DNA of 60,637 nucleotides, filler included, from Basidiobolus ranarum (Eukaryota): NCBI GenBank assembly GCA_040143965.1. It is 16 parts of 16 records of this genome, joined end to end, with 100 filler letters (N's around TTAATTAATTAA, not from the genome) between each part and the next. Parts side by side here need not be neighbours in the genome. Positions count along the whole stretch, not along the records: positions 49,401 to 53,083 come from JASJQH010002335.1; positions 53,184 to 56,863 come from JASJQH010002336.1; positions 56,964 to 60,637 come from JASJQH010002337.1; 13 more parts are not named here. One strand, 5' to 3'. Shown piece by piece: positions 51,595 to 60,637 of this stretch (position 1 is its first letter; each line of letters starts with the position of its first letter). The notes under the pieces were generated by a model. It saw only the letters and a program-made list of their open reading frames with translations, ran no database searches and was not told where the DNA came from. The position numbers and the translations under genes were made by a program.

Positions 51595-53183
51595 GATGTT
51601 TAGCTTTAATATAAAAAAAGAATGAAGATAGATAGATATGCTCAATAAACGTAAACTAATCAAAGAATAGCTGGTATTCGATTTACATGAGAGTCACAAT
51701 GAAGTGAGAAAACTGGGATTTTATGTAAAAAAAAGTTCCCTGCATATATAAATTAGCTTGATTTGTATTTGTATTGATCCTCCAAAGATCCGACTTGACA
51801 TATTCTCATAGTCATAGGGCTCGAATTATTCACCCATACAGAAAACTAACTTCCATTTGAGTTCTCATAAGCGAGAGCAAAATTCCACTTAATTTCCATT
51901 TACTCGCTATCTAGTATGTGTGGGCTGAACGAGAGAATTGGGGTTTAAAAGCCTAGATTTTGATACTCCTTAAGTACCGGAGGTCTTTGGTTTTTAATAT
52001 AATTTAGTTATTAAGTATACGGAGCTTTCGCACCCGTAGAATGCTACTCTGATGTTCTAATTCAGTTTTTTATCGAAGAATTTGATAAGCGTTGAGGTTC
52101 ACAAAGAGAATGTACATTTACAAAGTACCACATCCCGTTTAATTTGCCTGCTATATAAGTAGCTTATTATTTTGATACTTTGAAGTATATGAACAACACT
52201 ATCCCTTCGAAATATAGAATATGAACGCTCTATGGAGTTACTGAAACAACTGCTTAGCCAACTAGAATTTTTCTCTTAAACTCTCATAAGCAATAAATTT
52301 TAAAGGGGCTCACTACCCCCAGTGTCGACGAACAAGTGGTCCAAAAGCAATATGTTATGGAATCGATTATCGCAGAGTAAATTTTATAGTTGATGGCAAA
52401 GAATACTGGTGAATCTTCCCTTATTTGTCCTGCATTCAAATGATGGTCATGGCTAGTCAAAACAATGAATCCATTGATTCATAACTAGCATATAGCCACA
52501 AATCAGTATGATGAAACATCATAGAGGTAGGCTGCGCACATGTATCCAGATACAACTATTGCACCTACGATTGATGGGATACGGCTAGACCTCAAGCATC
52601 CAATGACCTCCAGCAACACCAGGTTAATCTGGGGGAACCTCTATGCCCTCTGTCATGGACAATGAGCATACCATTTGAGGTCGATGAAACTACCTGTTTG
52701 GCTCATCACCTGGCTTCCGGAGCTGGTACGATTCCCTGGTGAAGCTAGAAGTGTTGATTTATCCGTGAATAGGATGCACATGGCCTAGTAATTACACTGG
52801 CATATTTATTGCCAATCGCTTTATTTATTTACATCTTAGACTACATACAATCCGATAGGATCTTCCTCTCCCCTGGCAAACCGACACGTATAGAGATGTA
52901 GAGCAGGGTGAATAGGCTTCAAGTACTCCGAACAAATCGTTGCCGTGAAGAGAAGACAATGCCACTCAAACCGAAATGGCCCTTTAAGGGGCATTGAAAA
53001 TGCGCACTCTTGACTGCTGTGCAAGTGACACCCATAGTAATTAATAACTACAATCTTAGAATTTAAGTGACTGGTCAATGTACNNNNNNNNNNNNNNNNN
53101 NNNNNNNNNNNNNNNNNNNNNNNNNNNTTAATTAATTAANNNNNNNNNNNNNNNNNNNNNNNNNNNNNNNNNNNNNNNNNNNN

Positions 53184-56100
53184 GGCTTTGATGGAGATAT
53201 TGATATAAACTTGTGATGAATATGAGCTAAACCTTGAGTATGAAGAACTCTGTAAAAATATTCAGGAGAATAGATCAAAGAGACTAGGGATTTGAAAGGT
53301 GACAAATTAGTGTTCAAGTGGTCAATGTGTAAAACTGGAGTTATTTCTTTTGCACATGGGTTGATCCGCAGTACCATGGGATTGTAGCCCATTGTGTAAA
53401 GCTATTTTGTGAGATCTTGAAATTTCATTCCTGAAACTGAAAAAATTGATTAAAATCAAATGTTACTTGAGGATTTATAATGGTAAGTAAATGGTCAATC
53501 CTAAATGGATTAAAATTGTGATAGTTTGCCTTCAATAACAATCTAAAATTTCTGTCAGGGCATGAGCCCAATACTATATTGCTACAGGGGATCAGCTGGA
53601 GGAAGATCTTCCCATTAGGCACTATGCACTTACTATTCAACAATATTCCAACACTACTTACTCAGCTGTATAGTGGGAAATTCAATCTGAACAAGCCATT
53701 CAAGATAGGGTCAAAGTTTGAATCAATTGGGAAAATGCTTGAAAATATCAAGGTAACATCATATTTTACCAGAACTCCCATCAATATCCCCTCATATATG
53801 CATTTATTCAAATGCCAAGACTGTGAGTATTGGATTTGTATATATTCAAGTGAAATCTTGGAAAGATTTCTGCCTGATCAATATTGGCACCATTGGGAGT
53901 TGTTTGTGGATATTTTTAATAGGTTCTGATGGCATCAACTTGCATTGGCTGATATCAGGCAGATACAGCAACTGTGCAAAGATTTAGGTGAGATAGATTG
54001 ATATTGGTAGATTTCATAATTTAGCCATTGGGTAATCTATTTGAGCAACAACCCAACTACTTGTGGCAGGACATTTGTTGACTGCAAGTCAGGGATATTT
54101 TGGCAGAATTCTTTTTGAAATTTTCAAAATTCCTAGAGTTTATTATCATTGTGAATTGTAATAAGAGTCATCTACACAATTTCAATCCATTGTGGATTGA
54201 CCATTTACTTACCATCATAAAATTGTCAAGTTATATTTGATTTTAATCAATTTTTTCAGTTTTAGGAGTAAAATTACTAGTTCTAGCAAAATAATTGCAC
54301 ACAATTGGCTACAATATCCAAAAACTCTGAATAAACACATGTTAGAAAAATGTAACTCAAATGTTACACATTTACCAGTTGAATGCAATTTTGTCACCTT
54401 TGAAATTCCTGGTTTCTTTGATATATTATCATGAATAATTTAATATAGTTCTTCATACCAAAGGTTTAGTTCATATCCAACACAAGTTTGTATCAATAAC
54501 TCCATCAAAGCCCACCATTGTATTAATGTTGCTGTATCAACATTCTTCCACCAATTTGGCAGATACACTGCAATATTGTGCCACTCTTTATTAAGTTCTT
54601 CTCAGATATCTGCATGGTCAACACCAGGCTAAATGTCAAGTTAAGTGTTCTTCTTCTGGAGCCACTATCTCATACTAGCACTGCATTTTTCCCATTATAC
54701 TTTTGAAATACTCCTCAAGCACTTATACAATTCTTGTACATCCATGAAAGTATCACACTAATCAGGGTACTTTGTTGTGTTTGTGTGCCTTTTTGCTTGC
54801 CTTTAAGTTTGGGTCTAATTTCAACACTTTGAGAACTACTTGTTGCGGTTGGTATACTCTGTGCTTTATTTGCTAATGTTTGGGCTTGTTGAGAGGTTCC
54901 AAGTGTTGGATAAACTTCCAAATTTAGCACTCTTCCAACTGGTGTACCTGGTTCCATGATATAATTAAGTATTTTTGCCAATATATCTGACTCTGGAAAA
55001 TACAGATCTTCATAATGGTGTCAGAAATTTGGTAGGTGGGACAGTACGGCCTAAGCTCACTGGCTCCTTTGCTTTTCCCTTGGGTTTCCTAACTTCCTGT
55101 GCCTTGAGTACTTCTTTAGCTGCTATTCTTCCTTTACCAAGTCAATAATTGCAAACATTTTTGAGATGTTTCATGAATAGGTCTTTTTTTTGTATGGCAT
55201 ATGTACATTCATGAATAGGCTTAATGGTGCAACATGTGTTTTGCTCTGCTAGATTTTCATAGTGGCATTCATATGTATGAAGTAGGATAATTGCATATAT
55301 TTTCAAGATGTGTCATGAATAGGCCTATACTAGCAAAATTGCCATTTGCTTGCAAAAACCCAGGATGAACAACTTGAAATAAGTCAAGAGCCCTCAGAGT
55401 AATGCCTGGTTTTTGATTTTTCCATGATTGGCTCAAATCTAGGTGATTTTGGGCAAGATTCCACACAGTCTCCAATATGTTAAACCACTCATCATGAGAG
55501 CAAGTGATGGCACCTCTTACATTCAGAGTCTTTTGAATTGCCAGTTTTCCTATGAGATTTCTGCCTTTGTATGCCCAAGCAGTGTTAGGTTGTTTTGTAG
55601 GCTTAATGTTCCATCATCCATTCTGCTTAGCTAGGTTGTCATGGTGACATTAATATGTATAGTACAGCATTGATTGAAATCCCACATGAGAATAGATGGA
55701 GGCAACAGCATGTTGCTGTAGCTCAAGTACAGCATTTGAAAGAACTTGTGTCATTCTTGAATGACTTTATAACTTTTGACTAATTGCTTCCAATTGATGC
55801 ATTAATTGCAATATTGTGGCATTGTTGCTTGTCATGGCCTGTAGAGAAACTTTATAGCTTTTACCTATGGTTACATACCAATCCCTAAAAAAAAACAATA
55901 GATTTAATCTGGATTGGATCCACCCCTTCCCCCAATAAAAATAAAATTGATTTAATCAGGCTTGGATTCACCCTCTAAAATAGCAAAACCATCAGATAGC
56001 TGTCACAACATTGGTGGCTTGCATTCTACCAGGGATTTTGATGGTGTGATGGCAGTTTCTTGATGGTATTTAGAGGGTATTCATACATCATAAAGTATTG

Positions 56101-56863
56101 ATCCTCAAATATGGCATGCATTATTGAATATCCAGCAATTTTTACAAAGACATAATTTTTGAATGGCAATTTACTGGGTTTACTGCTGTAGGAATTCAAA
56201 TTAATATGCATGCATATATTTAGATATTTTAGGCTTTGTATTCCAGCCATAAAGAGAAACAAGAAATACAAGAATCTTTTTGTGTTTAGTCTCTACATAT
56301 GCACATACTTGACTGATTAGGCATAAGTCAACAACATCAATATGCTTCACCAGCAAACTGATGGTGGAAAAATTGCTAAACATCTAAAATTTTGAATAGC
56401 ACTGACACTTGGCAAATAGATAACTATTACTATAACTGTTCACAAAAAGAATAAGCCTTTGGAGTTTGGCAAACTTCTGTGAAGAATTTGGCCAATATAT
56501 CCCTGACTTGCAGTCAACAAATGTCCTGCCACAAGTAGATGTGTCATTGCTTGAATAGATTACCCCATGGCTAAAACAATAATACTGTGTGTCTTGATCT
56601 ATCTCACCAAGAAGTATGTCTTGCAGCTTTCCTAAAAATACCATCAGATTACCACACAAGCAAATTAGTCAATTATAGAGGTACTTACTCTGTGCATGGA
56701 TTGGGCTTTGTTGCTGTTATTGTGCTCAAACAATTCAAAAACCCATGAGCACATTGAAAAGAGCTCTTTGTTGGCAGATTAATGTACTCTGGAGTCTCCT
56801 TAACCCATTGCAATACATCCATCACTGATTTTGATGATAAATTGTTAATCAGATTAGCATACA
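53184..56863. mobile_element. Nested mosaic of En/Spm-like family fragments
   Basis: Transposase piece at 53560-54000 (+; FPLGTMHLLFNN, FKCQDCEYW), accessory ORF at 54440-55860 (-), and a 3' segment at 55874-56863 (-) matching 57971-58670. 25-bp direct repeats at 55901 and 55949. Confidence 0.65.
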
Positions 56864-56963
56864 NNNNNNNNNNNNNNNNNNNNNNNNNNNNNNNNNNNNN
56901 NNNNNNNTTAATTAATTAANNNNNNNNNNNNNNNNNNNNNNNNNNNNNNNNNNNNNNNNNNNN

Positions 56964-57965
56964 TGAAAGACTGCAGTGGCATTGGTAAGTCCAAATGGCA
57001 TGACATTATATTCAAAGTGTCCATAGTGAGTTCAAAATGAAGTTTTCCATTAGACTCGTGGTTTGATTCTTACAAGATTGTAAGCACCTCTCAAATCAAT
57101 TTTTGTAATACCTTAGCTGAAGCAAGCTGATATAACAGTGAGTTATTTAATGGCAAGGGGTACCAATTTTTGACTGTAATTCTATTTTGGCCTTCATAAT
57201 CCGCACAGAAATGGAGGTATCCATCCTTTTTCTTAACAAACAAGATTGAAGAGCCTGCTGGAGACTTTGAATGTTTGATAAATCCTTTCTCCAGATTTTC
57301 TGCAATATACTCTTTCAGAATGTTGAATTCTGGCTGCATCAGCCCATAGATAGGCCCAAATGGTGTTTGTTTTCCCACTTTTAGATCTATAGGGCAATCA
57401 TATGGGCAGTGCACTGGGAGTATATTTGATTTCTTCTTGTCAAAGACATTGCGAAGACTAGGTATTTGGGTTGGAGCTTATGAACCATAGGTTTTGTTGG
57501 TTTCAGCTCTTCAGCAAAATTGTCAATGGTTATTGGCTTCATAGATCTTTTGAGGATATGAGCTGATGATGAGTTGGATCCTTGGAAGGTTGGCAAATAT
57601 GGACTAGGATGTGCAGCGTGCTTGAACATGATAATCTTCTTCTTCCAGTTGATTACTGGGTTGTGCCACATGCGCCATGAGATACCAAGGATGACAGGGT
57701 TGTGACATGAAGAAATGATATTGAAGGCTATTTCTTCTTGATGAGCAGTGTACATGAGTGTCATGAAGGTTGTCTCATGTACTACAGCACTTGATGATAG
57801 TATCCTTCAATCAATTACTTATTGAAGGACAGGACTAGATTTCTTGATTGTTAGGATAGAGTGAAATTTGACTAGGGTGGAGTCAACAAAACAGGAGGAA
57901 GTTCGTGAATCAAGAAGTGCAGTTGTGTTCATTGACTTGGAATTTGGTAGCAGGAGTGTGATAGG
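56964..57965 (-). pseudogene. Ty3/gypsy (Tf2-like) protease-RT remnant
   Basis: ALLDS..SSCFVD, PVILGISW..HNPVINW, HCPYDCPIDL..PIY..LKEYIAENLEKGFIKHSKSPAG..LFVKKKDG..KNWYPLP, MPFGLTNA. Confidence 0.92.
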
Positions 57966-57970
57966 CATCT

Positions 57971-60637
57971 TTAATGTTTATTGCTGTAGGAACTTGAATT
58001 AATATGCATCCCTTGTTTTAGATATTTTGGCTTTGTATTCCAGCCATAATGAGAATCAAAAAATACTGGAATCTCATTGTGTTTAGTCTCTACATATGCA
58101 CACACTTGACTGATCAGACATAACTCAACAACATCAATATACTTTACCAGCAAACTAATGGTAGCAAAATTGCTAAACATATGAGACTTTGAATAGCCTT
58201 GACACTTGACAAATAGCTGACTCTTGTTACCATTCCTAATGAGAATAAACTCTTGGATTTTGGCAATTGTTGTAAAAAATTCAGCCAATATATCCACAAC
58301 TTGCAGTCAACAAATGTTCTGCCACAAGTAGATATGTCTTTGCTTGAATACATTAACACATAGCTAAAAGGATAATACTGTGTATCTCAATCTAGCTTAC
58401 CAAGAAGTCTGTCTTGCAGCTTTCTTAGAAATACTGTCAGATAATCACACCAGTAAATTAGTCCAAGTTATAGAGATACTTACTCTGTGTCCATAGATTG
58501 GACTTTGTTGCAGTTATTGTGCTCAAACAATTGCAAAGCCTATTAGCAAATGGAAGAAAAGAGCTCTTTGTTGGAAGTTTAATATACTCTGGAGTATCCT
58601 TAACCCATTATATTATATCCATCACTGATTTTGCTGATACATTGTTAATCAGATTGGCATACAGTAATACTGACAATTTCACACAGAGCATCATTCCACT
58701 ACAGGTGTGCTGCACTGGGAACTCCCAGAATATATAGCAAGGGCCAATTATCTCTAAGCATTGAGAGAGATGCAGCAAGGAATATACTTAATACCAGTAT
58801 AGATTCAGTCTATCTTCTTTAAACCTGTACTCAAATTTGTTATATCCAATTACAAAATCTTTGCACAGTTGCTGTATATGCCTGAGATCTGCCGATGTAG
58901 TTGATGCTATAAGAATATATTAGCAATATCCACAAACAACTCCCAATGTTGCAAATACTTATCAGGCAGGAATCTTTTTGTGTTTCCACTTGAATATATA
59001 TAAATCAAATACTTCCAGTCTTTGCATTTGAATAGATGCCTAGATGAGGGGATATTGATGGCAGTCCTGGTAAAATATGGTGGTATCTTAACATTTTCAA
59101 GCATTTTCCCAATCAATTCAAACTTTTATTCTATCTGGAATGGCTCATTCATATTAAATTTTCCACTATATACCTGAGTAAGTAGTACTGGCATGTTGTT
59201 GAATAGTAGTACATAATGCCTAATGGGAAGTTCTGGCTCCAGCTGATCCCCTTTAGCAATATAATATTAGGCTTATGGCTAAAACCCAGTCTGATGTTAG
59301 ACTGACTATTTAGTGAATTGATATCAGTGATCATGTTGAAATCTGACCGGGCTCTTGATGGCAAAATCATGGAGTTTAGTTTGGTACTTGCATAGTAGTA
59401 ATGTGTATGCCCAATAGAGTAAACTCCATTGATTTGACTGAATTTATAGCAAGATAGTGCATTATGGCTGCAAAGACCTCCAAGCTTACTGATAGCAGAA
59501 GTGTTCAATACATACAATGATATTAGCTTTGATAAAATATTCACCCATCAGAACCCCATTAGATAACCATACAAATTCCACAATCAAAGGCTCCAAGAAG
59601 CCTTCTTTAAGCACCAGTGATTTAGGTCCAGATATGATGGATTGGATCAAGATATTATGATTCTTATAATGTTCAGAAGGAGAAAGATTTAAATTTATTT
59701 AAATTTTTGGCCAGCAAGCCTTTCCACAGTTTATTTGTTTAGGGAGAAACCACCCAGAGGCAATACAAATGCAAGATCATATGTGTTCTCAAAGAAACCT
59801 TGCATTTTCAGATTCTGGTAATAATATTCATCAAGTATATTGGTAATACCATCAGCTTTATGATGAGTACTCTGGTATTGGATCAATAATCTATATTTGA
59901 GTGATTTCATCAAAACTATAAGATAAGGAATCAATGGTATGTAAGCCTAATATGAACAATATTTACCTAATTCAGTGATTGCCACTAGTGTGCAAACAGT
60001 ATGTGATTTGAGGTTTTTCAGATCACTGGTGAAAGCCAAACCAGCATTTGGACATGAAGGTAGTTTAATTACCAAAGGATTACAAGTCATATAATTGACA
60101 AGAGTTTCCCACCTGTACCAGGTCTGTGGCAAGCAACAGTTGCCAAACAGCTGTGGTAATGTGTAAGAAAGCCAATAAACACCTGGCTACTTAGATTGGA
60201 TTGAACTCTCCACTCCTCAATAAGCAAAGCTGCTTCCTTTACAGTAAGTGTTATGAGTTGACTAATATTTGCATTAACCAGGAGTCTGTAACCAAACTTT
60301 TGTCTTCTTCTTCAACTTCTGATATACTACCTTCAGTACTGGAATAACCAATGTCAACATCTAGCAGCTAGTCCTTAAAGTTGTCTGGAGTTACTGGTTT
60401 GACCAACGGTGCATTTCTATCCGCATCATTCTGGTCATATAACTGTGGTAACTCCACAGTATCTTGACTTATGGCAGTGTTACCAAAACTTTGAGGCAAA
60501 GTACAGTCAGTGGACTCAGTGGGCAAAATTAAAGTCAATTTTGTGCACTTCTTACTGTTGTTATTCACCTGGCTTTGCGCAGCTGGTGGCTTTGTACAGT
60601 GACCATGCTTGTGATTTTTTTTTCTATGAAGCCTCTG
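57971..60637 (-). pseudogene. Degenerate En/Spm (Tnp2-type) transposase, longest copy in the window
   Basis: Colinear with 19042-20900 (LPSCPNAG, GFSLNK, CSHNA, FKCKDWKY) and extends further 3' (FGPCYIFWEFP-like segment). Confidence 0.8.

Overview
This is not one contiguous locus. It is 16 unrelated, size-sorted contigs of about 3.7 kb (3712 falling to 3674 bp), joined by artificial 100-bp spacers (44 N + TTAATTAATTAA + 44 N). The DNA is eukaryotic, AT-rich and has short GT-AG introns; the genes look fungal, probably from an early-diverging lineage (inference). Host genes: THI4 (5' part), an RBMX2/IST3 and UBE3D/IPA1 divergent pair, an SCT1/GPT2-type glycerol-3-phosphate acyltransferase, a LENG1-like gene, a Pan1-like EH protein, a 7-TM GPCR-like protein and a small secreted 6-Cys protein with a KP6-like pattern. 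About half the window is CpG-depleted transposon debris (Ty1/copia, Ty3/gypsy including a chromovirus, and a multi-copy En/Spm (Tnp2)-like family). The standout is contig 8 (26647-30345). It holds one intronless reading frame of about 1073 codons, broken only by two in-frame TGA codons. The frame encodes a PrimPol-type AEP primase, a UL52-like Zn finger and a D5-like SF3 helicase. It is bracketed by 79-bp enhancer-like tandem repeats plus a TATA box on the left, and by a poly(A) signal plus 78-bp repeats with a 28-bp palindrome on the right. This looks like the replication module of an undescribed virus-like or self-replicating element in early CpG-driven decay.
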